Of a stretch of DNA of 64,000 nucleotides, positions 13,644 through 24,560 are shown piece by piece. Both the position numbers and the translations under genes were made by a program. The notes under the pieces were generated by a model, which ran no database searches, had not been told where the DNA came from, and worked only from the letters and a program-made list of their open reading frames with translations. The stretch covers positions 62,001 through 126,000 of the forward strand of contig PNXV01005434.1 of the NCBI GenBank assembly GCA_013239625.1. The letters are read 5' to 3'. How positions within the stretch are numbered: position 1 is the stretch's first letter; each line of letters opens with the position of its first letter. This stretch comes from Lama guanicoe. Its lineage: Eukaryota.

Positions 13644-15711
13644 CCACTCCCATTTGAAGCTGGGTGAGCCAATATTGGATCAAAGACCCCTTCTCAAGTT
13701 GTTGGTTAAGCTTATAGCACCAACTGGGGTTTCCTTATATAATTTTCAAAAATTAAGATGTGTGGCCGCTGTCCTTCTCTGAACAATCACACTTAAAGCT
13801 TCTACAGCCCTGGTAGTTCGTCTGGCTATGTGTTCAGCCTGTAACTCTAGCCCAGTAGTTTAGCCTTTGTGGGTAACGAAGCAGAGGTTACATAGCCTAC
13901 AACAGCCCAGGTGGGCCTCCCTTACCTCCCGCATCCTTAGCACAGGAAGAGGGCGGCAGACATCTGGGAAGGACAAGACTTCACAAAAGAGCACAGGTAC
14001 AACCCAGGACTCCTCCCACTCCTGCGTCCATCCTTGTTCCCCTCTTTTACCCTATGCCTATACCCGACAAGGGATAATCGGAGCAGGCAGGGTATCCCAT
14101 CTTCCTTATCTTCCTTCCGTCTGTCGTCTCTAGGTCTTTCCACCTTCACTGTCTCCCATAACCTGGGGCTTCTTGAAAAGGATCAAAGAGAAGAGGAGAG
14201 CCATCCTAAAGCCCAGAACCCTCTCCCTGCATGCCTGTGATCCCTCTGCCCTCCCCCTGTACCTGAGGCTGTCCTGGGAGCACCAGGAGCAGCAGCAGCA
14301 GGGGGGTCAGGAGTTCTGGGACAGGCTGCATCTTGTATCAGCTGCAGACGTGGAGTAAGACCTTTGAGCTCCCCTAGGATTTTATCGCTGGCCCAAGTAA
14401 ACAATCTCAGCAGAAGGGGCACAGATTTCGACATCAGAAAGGACTGAGAGTGGGAGAGGGTGTGGAGAGGGAGTCGGGGGAGGGTGTGGAAGAAAAGGGT
14501 TGTGAAAGACAGGTGCCTTCAAAATAGGGGGAGATTGAGCTTCTCACTACAGACGTGTCTTTCTCACCCGTCCCCAAGCTGAGATCTGTCCAGCCCTGCT
14601 GGGCCCTCCTGCCCAAACAGATTAAGGCAAACCTGAGACATCCTGTGGGGGCCTTGGGATGGGTCCCTTTCAGGAAGGATTATGGTCTCAACTTTGAGGG
14701 AGGGACTACTCTAGGAGAAAATGCTCAGTCTTGAGGACAGAGCCATCTACTTAACCGTGCACCCTTGAATGAGGGTCAAACTGTGTATCCGGGGGTGGGG
14801 TGGGGTCACTCTAGCAGCATGTACAGGCCTGCTCTGTTATATGCCCTCTTTACCCCTAGAAACTTGTCTCCACCGTTATTCTAGGCACCTCCATTCCACC
14901 CCACCATTCTAATGTATCCCTTAATTGGAGCTCCTGATGCCAGCAGATTTCACTGCCTGTTCTCCAAGAAAGCCCCTCCCAGGACTTTCTAATCAGCCAC
15001 AGGAGCCTGTCAAGCCTTTGGACTTCCAGACTCTTGCCTGGGGTACCCCTAGAGAGAACCAGGAGCTTGGTTCCTGAGGTCTGAACCAGGAGCCACAGCC
15101 GTGTTCCCCGTGCCGGTCACCCTCGATTACTCTGTGTTCTTCTGCTCTGTCTCTTCTCTGAGTACTTGTCAGGCAGTGACAAGTCTCACACCCACCCAAA
15201 TGCCTAGAAGGATGTCAGATTTCCTATGAAGAGTGTGTTGCCTCCATGTTTCCACTGAGGAGTTTGGCCTCAGGAGATCCGCTGTCTAAACCCTTTATCA
15301 TTTCCCTACTTCTCGCTGCACCTTCAACTTAGGTACTGTGAGCACTTAGCAAAAGGGCCCTCTGCTGACTCATCCCATCTTTCAGAATCCTTTACCCAGC
15401 ACATAATACCTCTACTTCCCCTTCTAAGGAAAGGATCTCAGGGATCAAGTGAAAGTATCACTCCAGGAGGACGTGCCCAGGGCTCTGCTGGGAAAGCCTC
15501 AGTGAAAGAGCATCCCTTTTTATCTTGCTATGCAGATTTTCACCCTCTGACTCCCTGCCCAAGGTCAGGGACCCATTCTCCATTAACTCCCCTGGTCTGG
15601 CCTTGCTGTAACCATGGGGTCCAGAGGAATCACAGAGGTTGGGGAGGTAGGAGAAGAAGGAGTTGAAAAATCTAAGCTTTGTGGAGTGCGAATCCTATCC
15701 GGAATCAGTGC

Positions 15712-16260
15712 CAGTAGCTGGCAAGATTAAAGAGCTTACATCAAAATGTAAACCTAAAGGCATGCTGTGGAAAACATCAGCTAAATGAGTAATGGGTTTC
15801 GTGCTAGAGTAAGAATGAGAAATTGTATAAAACTCAATGTGTTAAATTCAAGGTAATTCTCTTTATTGTGTGATAGCATGGAAGGTGATCAAAAAAGTTT
15901 CTGCCTGATGAAGAATGGTAGTTATTGTAAAGAAGAGTTCTACTGAGATATTTGAACTACGGAACAAAATTTAGTGTTTTTGCAAAATAAGAAACCTTTT
16001 TGGTCTCACGTTTTTCTTAAAGTATTTTTGGAGGTGGCAGGTAATTCAGTTTATTTATTTATTTTTAGAGGAGGTACTGGGGGGGGAGTCCCCCACTTCT
16101 TAAGGATGTAAGTTGGGCAGACTTTCTTATTTGATGACCTTTGGTAGTCTTAATATTCTGAATACTTTTATGCAACATATTTTCCAATACTGGATAAATT
16201 TCACAGGCAAATACAGAAGTTAGAACATTGGAAGATCAGAGTTTCTACAGAGTGTTAATA
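15712..16260 (+). repeat. Copy A of a diverged ~0.5 kb direct repeat (partner at 24101-24560)
   Basis: Shared blocks include gagcttacatc..gtaaacctaaagg, gtgctagagtaagaatg..aattgtataaaactcaatgtgtta, ctctttattgtgtgatagcatggaag and ggcaaatacagaagttagaa. Confidence 0.9.
16025..16087 (-). mobile_element. 3' fragment of the vic-1-like SINE inserted in repeat copy A
   Basis: ggtaattcagtttatttatttatttttagaggaggtactgggg matches the 3' half of the other SINE copies and is absent from copy B. Confidence 0.7.
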
Positions 16261-16887
16261 GAATGTTAGGGAGGGAGGGATGGAGGGGAGAAGGGTAGGA
16301 GAACAGACAGAGCTTGAAGCCTGACAGCTTACTCTGGAGTCACCTTCCTGTATTTTGCCAACTAAGGCTAGTGAGTGGCTCTAGTGGGAAAAACAGGAGA
16401 ACCTCAACATGTGAGCAAAGTGCCTTCAGGAGGCAGCACAGAATTGTCCACGCCCTTCCCTCCCGGGGCCAAGGTCTCCCAAGATTTAGATAATAATCAC
16501 CCAGGTCAGGAATCATGTCAGTCTCCAGGGCTGTGTTCTGTTTTATTCCTATTGTGGCACTTTCCCAGCCCCTCCTGTTTTCATTCCTTCAGCAAACCTG
16601 GAGTTCCTGCTCTGTGTCACACACAGCAGGAGAGGCCCCATTCAGAGCCACCTTTCAGCAACCCGGTTCTAGTTGTGCAGAGTGATGAAGACGAGGTCCT
16701 GATCCCGGGCTGTGTCCTAGGCCTCCCTGTCCGCCACCGTCCAGACCCAATGTGTGTGATGCATCTACAGAGATCGATGCGGAGTTAGAAAGAGGGAGGA
16801 ACCGACTCAGCACCGTAGACCCAAGTAGGGAGAGTTCAGTTCTATGTGCTCTTTGCCCCCATGACCGTAATAGGGCTGGAGTTGGCC

Positions 16888-16906
16888 TAGCGCCACCTGG
16901 TGGCAG
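16888..16906 (-). promoter_or_regulatory. CTCF binding motif
   Basis: Minus strand CTGCCACCAGGTGGCGCTA versus the CTCF core consensus TGGCCACCAGGGGGCGCTA. Confidence 0.8.
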
Positions 16907-16998
16907 ACAGTGGAGATGCCCCGGTTAGAGCTCTGCCCAGATGGGTCCCGCAGCTGGGCTTGGACAACTGAGGGGAACTGCTGAAGAAAATCAGGGGC

Positions 16999-18020
16999 TC
17001 ATTCATTCCTGTGGGAGGCCCTCTCAGGGCCCACACCCCTCAGGGCCCCCGCCCAGCAGAGCCGAAGCCGGCGCCTGAGCCTCTCAGCAATCTGTTGGGT
17101 CTGCACTCCGTAGACCACGGGATTGAGAGCTGGGGGCACCAGCACGTAGAGGTTGGCCAGCAGGATGTGGATATGGCTGGGCACCGTGTGGTGGCCGAAA
17201 CGGTGAGCCAAGAAGGAGAAGAGGGCAGGTGTGTAGAAGAGAGCGATGACACTGGCATGGGCCCCTCAGGTGCCCAGGGCCTTGTGGCGGGCACCCACGG
17301 GATGGCAGGCGACACACAGCCCAGAGGATGAGGGCATAGGAAGCACTTATGAGCCCTAGGTCCAGGGCTGGAGAGAGCAGCGTGGTGGCCAGTCCGTACC
17401 AGACGTTGGGGCACGTGTCGCCACATGCCAGCTGAGCCACGCCCATGTGCTCACAGTAGGTGTGGGGCAGGGCCCGATGCCCACAGTAAGGCAGTCTCCA
17501 GAGCAAGGCCACAGTGGGGGCCATGACACAGGCACCACGGGTCACCGCAGCTGCAGCCACGATGCCTACCACGTGCTGGGTCAGCAACGCACCATAGCGC
17601 AGAGGCTGGCAGATGGCCACATAGTGATCCACGGCCACGGCCAGCAGCACCAAGGACTCGGCGATGAAGGCCACGTGGGCAACAAAGAGCTGGGCTTTAG
17701 GCAGGCCCTGAAGGAGATCTCTTCCTCAGGCCCCAGAGCACAGCCAGGGCTTTGGGCACTGTGGATGTGGCCAGAACCAAGTCAGCAGTGGCCAGAAACC
17801 CCAGCAATTGGTACATGGGGGCCTGAAGTGCCTTGTCAGCTGCCACCAGCCCCAGGAGAAGGGCATTCCCTGCCAGAGCTGCCACGTACAGCAGACACAT
17901 GGGCACAGAAAGCCAGGCGTGCAAGGCCTCCATTCCCAGTACCCCCAGCAGGACAAAAGGCCCAGGCCCAGGGATGAGCACAGTCTGGTTGAAAGCAGGC
18001 AGTGCAGGGCCTGGTCCCAT
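16999..18020 (-). pseudogene. OR52V1P: Class I olfactory receptor pseudogene, OR52V1-like
   Basis: OR motifs [59 protein letters not shown]. Frameshifts near 17723 (-1), 17697 (+2) and 17295 (+1); TGA replaces Cys in KALGT*GAH (17268-17266). Acceptor TTCCCTGCAG| with exon start at 18045. Symbol rests mainly on recalled synteny. Confidence 0.85.
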
Positions 18021-19115
18021 CTCCTGGCTCCACCTGTCTCTGTCCCTGCAGGGAATAAGAGGGGCCTGTGAGAGGCAAGCACCAGTTCTACAGAGATCTG
18101 AGATAGGTGGGCGTGAGGATCAGGGCTGGGGTTGCCGCAGCCTTTGCTGGGAGCATCTTTGTGTCAGGCACTATTCTAGGGGCTTGACATACACCGACCT
18201 ACAAATGCCCTAATTCTCTGTGAGTCTGTCAATGCTCCCTCCCATAGCATAGATCAAGGAATTGGTTTCTAAGGGCTAACAGGCTTACTCCAAGTTGTAC
18301 ATCTGGTACGTAGAAGAACTAAGATGAGAATCCACTCATCTGACTAAAGGCCATGCTTTTCTGACAATCTTCTGGAGTTGGAAAGTCTTTTCTTCAGCCC
18401 GGGGGCATGGGGACATGGGGGTGTGCTTTCCCAGGGGAAGTCATTCCTGTTGCCTAATCCTAATCTAACCTCAGTTAACTGAGGTTAAAGGAGTTAGGCA
18501 TCTGTGCTCCCTTCAGCCTAGGGGAGATGTAAGCGGGAAGGAAGAAGATATAAAACTGCCGTTTCTACTCCACGCACTGACAAGTGCTCAGACAAAACTC
18601 CTCTTCCAAGATCCTTTTCCAGAAGATACTTTATTAGCTCAGACACTGTCCCAAACATCACGTCCAGTGCTTTTACCCAGCTGTTCATGGCCTTTGGCGT
18701 CCCTCCCTCTGGCTCTGACCCACTATACCTCTGTATACTTGAATCATGGAACTTAATGTCTTCTTTGACCAGTGCAGACATTCATCCCCTGACTCAGCTT
18801 TGTGGCTCTTTTTTCTCCTGTCCTTTGTCCACAAGGACACCCCCTGGGTTCTATGGAAATTCAGTCTGGGGAAGTTCTGATCCCACTGAGGACACAGCAG
18901 AGCATCCAGGTTGGGTTGCAGGGGGAGGGCCTGGGGTCAGAGACTGCAGTGCAACTGGTGGTCAGGTTAAAACGCTGGAGGTGGGAGGGCTACCTCCCTG
19001 GGTTTAAGTAGGTAAAGGACAGCCTGGAAGAAGGATATAAGCCTGGGCTTGGCATGTTCCACCCGAGGACAAGAGTTACGTCCTTGAACTTTATGAGATA
19101 CAGCACCTAGTATCT

Positions 19116-19243
19116 TTTCTTTTCTTTTCTTTTTTCGGTGGGGAGAGGTTTATTTATTTATTTAATGGACGTCCTGGGGTTTGAACCCAAGACCTCGTGC
19201 ATGCTAAGCACACGCTCTACCAGCGAGCTATACCCTCCTCTCC
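19116..19243 (-). mobile_element. tRNA-Ala-derived SINE (vic-1-like)
   Basis: Reverse tRNA-like head and T-rich tail. TSD cagcacctagtatct (19101-19115) / cagcacctggtatct (19244-19258). Confidence 0.88.
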
Positions 19244-20215
19244 CAGCACCTGGTATCTTAACCTCGTCCTGCAGACTGAGGAGCCGGGGGTAGGTGAGCA
19301 GAAAACAAGGTTTCTGCCCCTGGATGAAGCTCTCAGGGTCCTCACATTTGCGTCTGCTCCAGTCTTCTTTGTGGCACTGCCTCTCGGACAGTCTCGGAGA
19401 TCCTCACACTTCGGCTCTTGCAGTGTAGAGGCAGGTAATGACCCAGCGAGGATTGCCCATGTGGAAGGCTTGATGGTTTCAAACCCAGAGCTTCCTTCTG
19501 AAGGGTGAGGCTTTGCCAAGTCACGGGGCCTCCTTCTGCCTCTCACAATGGGGGCCCTGCGGGGTCCTTTAGATCCTGGGAAACTTGTGCCAGGACCCAG
19601 AGGGCAGGCCCAGCCTTGACAGGAGTTGGAGGATGTCAGCTGCCTCAGGGCCTGGGACTGTCTCTCCCCAAACCACAGGGCAGGCACAACCCATAGCCAG
19701 GGGCCTCGTCAGAAAGGCCTGCATCAGGGCGTGGGGGCCCTACTAGCTTACTTCCTTTTGGCAAAATTCCGAAGACAACGCCACCATCTCCCTCGTGTCT
19801 ACAGCCCACACTGCTGCGTCTTCTGTTTCCTTCCACAGGCCAAGTGAAGGGAAAGAGGGGGGAGCTGGGGACCTTCCTCCTGCCCTCCAGCCTCAGCCTC
19901 TGCCCTGTGTCCTGTTCTGTGCCCAGCTGCACCCTTCTCATCTTCCACCTGCCTGCTCTGCCTGCCAAGTCCCTCTCCTCATCACCAAGACATGACAAGG
20001 TGTTTCCTCCAGAAAAGAGCAGAACATCAAAGAACACATTAAGTGTTGCTGGAGGCATTCAGAGAAAAAGAAGGCAGAGTGACAAGAATTCAAGAAATGA
20101 ACTCAGATTCTTCAGCTCTACTTGAGCCTGGGTTTCCACACCCACCCTGAGGGTCTCCTTATTCTGACTCCATCCACACATGAGTGTCCAGCCTCACACA
20201 GCTCAGCTTCCCCTG

Positions 20216-20705
20216 TGAGTCAGAAATTCAGCAAGGGACACATTGAGGGAGAAGTGACGTAGTATCTCTACTCTCCCTGCTCTCCCTGAGCTCCCAGGGG
20301 CAGGACTGTCTCTGAGCTGTGCCTCGGAGTCCTGGAACATCTCGTGGGTGGTGATGCACTGCAAAGGTACCACGTGATCTCGTGCCCCTTTCTCAGATCA
20401 GGAAACTGATGTACAGGAAAGAAAGAGAGAGACCTGGATCCCAGTCCAGGACTGTTTTGACCCCTGGATTTCTTGCCTTGCTCCTCACTTGACAGCAATA
20501 TTCTTGTTTTTAGAGAAAGCATTCTTTGCCACACACACAGTTTCTGCGGCTCTGTGTTACCCTGGTTTCCACTTCCACTCTAAGGGAATCCCCATTCTGA
20601 CGCCATCCACACCCACGCTCCTTTTTACTGGCATGAGTCACTGGGGGCACTAGGGGACGAGACCTGCATGAACCAGCTGCAGACAGACTTGTCTCCCACT
20701 TCCCG
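20216..20705. promoter_or_regulatory. Candidate inducible enhancer (AP-1, CRE-like, NF-kB, ETS/IRF, E-box motifs)
   Basis: TGAGTCA 20216-20222 and 20634-20640; TGACGTA 20255-20261; CACGTG 20371-20376; GTTTCCACTTCC 20565-20576; GGGAATCCCC 20584-20593; TGACGCCA 20598-20605. Confidence 0.4.
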
Positions 20706-21149
20706 CTCCCTCCTCCTCGCGGGCACCCAGGCCAGCGCATCCCCTCCCTCTTCTTTTCTGTTGATCCTTCTCAGGGTGCCTCTGGCTCCTCAGAGCCCTT
20801 CTCCTTAGGGTGGCTCACATCCTGTGCCCCGCCTACCGGGCTTGGGGGACAGGTTTTCCCTCCAGGGGAGAGTAGAACATGAAAGAACACGCTGAACACG
20901 GCTGGGAGATTTCACGGAAAAAGAAGGCACAGTGAAGAGTTTAAGAAGTGAACTTGGGCGACGTGTGTAGCCTCAGGTTTATTACATGATTTGGGGTGAA
21001 TCGATTAATCACTTTGAACCTTGGTTTAAACGGGATGTGTGATTCCCCACCCTGATTTTGGGAGTAGTAACGGCGAGAAGGAGACGTGGCATAGCATCAC
21101 CGTTTTCTTATTTTTATTTATCCCCACTCTAACACAGGGCTCAAAGTCC

Positions 21150-21410
21150 AGAGTGGGCTTTGAGGCCAGGTTGCCTAGTTTCAAATCCTCGTACTGCCAC
21201 GTGTAAGCTGTGTGGCTTTGGACAAGATACTCAACTTCTCTATGCTTCAATTTCCTTATCTTTAAATCAGGGATAAAAATAAATGCACCCACTTTACAGG
21301 AATAGTGCAAGGATAAAAAAAATGACCTATATAAAGCAATTGCATAGGGTACAACAGTGCCTGAAACACAGTAACTGCCCAACGCACTTGAAATAGTACT
21401 GTTGTTATTA
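21150..21410 (+). mobile_element. MIR SINE
   Basis: ttcaaatcctcg...agctgtgtggctttggacaagatactcaacttctctatgcttcaatttccttatctttaaa is the MIR core. Similar MIRs lie near 395-620, 23010-23200, 48090-48250 and 63690-63840. Confidence 0.75.
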
Positions 21411-22477
21411 TCCTTGGCCCTCTTGGCTCTGTGGGAAGCCATTCCTTTCGTGGTCTTTTCTACTGTATTGGTTCTGTTTTACAAGCTGATAAAAAGTCCT
21501 TTATTAAATCTTAAAAAGAATAAGATGAGTTGGGGACTAAACTCAGGTTATTTGAAAGCATGGTCTTGAGTTCAAAAAAAAAAAAAGGCTAAAAGGAGGC
21601 TGAAAGATTCAGATTGGATCTGATGAGACTAAAGAAAGAACTTCCTTTGCCAATAGGCTCAAGAAAAGGAAGTTGAGTACCAGACTGTTTCTACGTAAAA
21701 TGGGGAATTTGGTGGCATTGTCTTTTTTTTTTCCCTTCATTTTTCAGTTTTATCAGGTAGAACTGTTACAATTTGACAGCACATATACAATATATTGCAT
21801 GTAAATACATAAATACAATATACTGCACATTTTAAAAAAATTTACATATATTTACTGTTCATTGTTTCTAAGAACAGTTTAGAGCTTTAGCTTTTTAAAC
21901 TTACAAAGTTATCAAAGGAATAAAGCCAACCACAAAATAAGAATCAACAGAATGCGGTAATCCAACCATAAAGGACACGCAAATGTGCTTACACGTGTTC
22001 CAGAACAAATGAACTACTTATTATTTATAACTTAGGTGATTGGTTTCTTGAATGTGTGTAAGAACATTTGGCGGCATTGTCTTCTAATCCTATTCTCAGT
22101 CCCCAGAGTCCACCTTTTCACGCGATTCTGGCTCAGGAATGGTGAGAGAGAGCAAGGGAGTGGTGGTGCCTTAATCCTAGTTCTCAAACTTAACAGCCAC
22201 ACTGGCCCTCCTCTGCATGGGACTTGCCTTTGCATCCCAGAGTAGTTCTCCGAAAAAAAATCTTAAACAACTCATTTCCATCAGGACAGAGAGGCTTTCT
22301 GGAGCATCTCTTTAAGGATTGGCACTTTTAATGGGACTTTCAGTGTTCGGCTCAGTCTGGAATAAATCCAGGTAGAGGATAAGGAGGAGACGTTTTCAGG
22401 AGCCCCCAGATCCTGGTTAGGATGGGACTGATCTCCCCTGATGAATTCCTGCTGCTGATGGGACAGGACCCTCTCAC

Positions 22478-22755
22478 CTCTGCTGAAGAGGAAGGATTAA
22501 AGACGAGGAATGGGCATCCAGCCACTATCTGCTTCAGTCCCTGCTGCACCAGCTTGTCCATTCAGCTGTCAGTGCACCCAGGATCCAGGAGACTCCAAAG
22601 ATGCTCCTGTGGAGGGCCTGGGAGGGAGCAGGTGGGGATGCGAAGGATTTATGGCTCTCTCCTCTGAACCCCTCAGGGGGGCATGGGCCCTGGGCCCCTG
22701 GCGGGATCGAGAACTTGCTAGTTGCAGCTGGGAATAGTTAATGAGGAATTAACAG
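22478..22755 (-). promoter_or_regulatory. Putative promoter and non-coding exon 1 of the OR52V1-like pseudogene
   Basis: Homeodomain site TAATGA 22739-22744; O/E(EBF)-like CCCCTCAGGGG 22669-22679; minus-strand CATAAA near 22650; donor AG|GTGAGA with GT at 22477. Confidence 0.4.
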
Positions 22756-24100
22756 AGGTCTGTGGTCATCTCTGCTGACTTTCCTGGACACATTCAGGAC
22801 CTGGTAAAAGGTAGAGACTGAGCAGAGAGGAGACAGGACCCCAAAGAACCATTGGATGGGGCACAGCAAACTCAGATGCAGATGCAGTACACTCCACGCA
22901 AATGACAAACCCAGTTGTCATCTAAATATGGACAGGCATTATCATTTAGCGTTGTTTCTGCCTTAGCCCTATAAAGAGACAAAGCAGCTCTGTGGAAAGA
23001 GTCTGGGCTTTTGAATTGGGCAGACTTGGTTTTGAATAAGGCTCCACTGCTGTGAAGCCTTCAACAAGTCTCTTAACTCTTCTGACCTTAGTTTTCTCCT
23101 TCGTACAGTGATGATTGGTGTATCTTCCCCAAAAGATGGTTGTGAAGAATCGAGTAACATGTGTAAATCACCTAGCAGAGTGCTTTGAGCTCAGGACAAT
23201 GAGCACAGCATCACTCAAGCACGTGTGACTTGGAAAGAGTCGGCCTGAGAACAAATTCTGGCTTTCTGAGATAATTGCTGGACCCACATGGGGTAGCTCT
23301 TGGACCCTAATAATAGGCATTGTTCGTTTCATAACATTTTCTCTCCTCCAGAAATGCATTCCCTTCCATTTAGAGGTACCTAAGAGAATGTAGTAATGAC
23401 AGATACTTCACAATGTGTCACCCACAGTTTTTATTTGTTTTTAGTCCCTAGTTTGAATAAAATTATTTTGTGTTTACACCACAACAGAACAAATTCACAC
23501 CTTACCAAAGACAAAAAAATTTCCATATACTATTGTAATTGTGTTTTTTGATGTTCTGGAATCGTCCAATAACCCCCTTCTGTGCTGGACCATTTCCTTG
23601 TGGAGTGTGTGTGTGTACACATTCTAGCCTAGAGGGTCTGGAAGGAGCTATTGAGATGCGGCCCAGAGACCATAAACAACAAGCTCACTGTGCACATGAG
23701 ACGATTCACTCCTAGGGGTTCTGGGTGAGGAATCCTTCCTTCACTACTTCTTGTGAGCGCACCTGCCCATCTTCCAATACAACATCATCTGACAGATTTA
23801 GAAGCTAGTTAATGACATGGGAGTCCGACTCACAAGACAAATAGAGCTGGCAGTTTTTTAAAATTGCAGCTTGAATGTGCAGATGTTGCTAGGACAATAA
23901 TTATCTGATGTGTGATTTGAACATGAAAGTGCTGTGAAGGAACTTTTTATAACATCCTTGTTGACAAACCCAGCTAAATCTGGACCGTATATGAAACTAT
24001 GAAAGATACAGTATGAACAGCTGTAGTTTAGGGTTTAGGTTTGGTGTAAAAGTGTGATCTGATGGAACAGTGGTAGGTTAGTTAGTCAGTGATCATTCTG

Positions 24101-24560
24101 CAGTAGCTAGCACGATGAAGGAGCTTACATCGCAAGGTAAACCTAAAGGCTTGCTGTGGAAAATAAAAGCTCAAGTGAATAATGGATTTTGTGCTAGAGT
24201 AAGAATGGGGAATTGTATAAAACTCAATGTGTTACATTCAAGATGACTCTCTTTATTGTGTGATAGCATGGAAGTTGGCCAAAAACAAGAGTTTCTGCCT
24301 GATGAGGAATGATGGTTATTGTGGCTAAAAGTTCTATGGGGATGTTTGAACCATGGAATGAACTTTTTGGCCAAGAAACCTTTTTGGCTCCACTTCTTAA
24401 GAATGTAAATTAGACAGACAGATTTTCTTATTTGATGATCTTTGTTTGTCTAATATTCTTAATACTTCGATGCAACATATTTTTCAATAGTGTACAAGTT
24501 TTAGAGGCAAATACAGAAGTTAGAAATTTGGAAGATCAGTCTTTCTGCAGAATGTTATGA
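24101..24560 (+). repeat. Copy B of the diverged direct repeat, within an AT-rich tract that may be an old hAT-Charlie element running to about 25470
   Basis: Aligns by eye to 15712-16260. A Charlie-like terminus (cagttcgagaagacctg followed by acctagag) lies at about 25452-25476. Confidence 0.75.

Larger units (their letters stand above)
10606..14331 (-). pseudogene. OLFM5P: Olfactomedin-5 (OLFM4-like) unprocessed pseudogene; exons 14331-14263, possibly 13963-13926, 13360-13202 and 11343-10606
   Basis: Signal-peptide exon MQPVPELLTPLLLLLLVLPGQPQ|GTACAG. Next recognisable exon reads CARGGLQEVTRPPVAQLNRRGFSYK-fs-GARG*DS...DWVTPLRVDG AG|GTGAGC and joins in phase to TAG|G GTC TTT GAC. Last exon has [29 protein letters not shown]...WRTSQYKPAVSGAFMACGALY...DHKLYVYSGGYLVIYDLSF, an OLFM4-type olfactomedin domain. 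Stops at 13266-13264 and 11070-11068; frameshifts near 13280 and 11267. Confidence 0.88.

Noticed and set aside
19217..19687. 156-aa minus-strand ORF and neighbouring ORFs to 20125
   Set aside because: No domain similarity, the ORF runs into a SINE, and overlapping ORFs on both strands are typical of GC-rich non-coding DNA.
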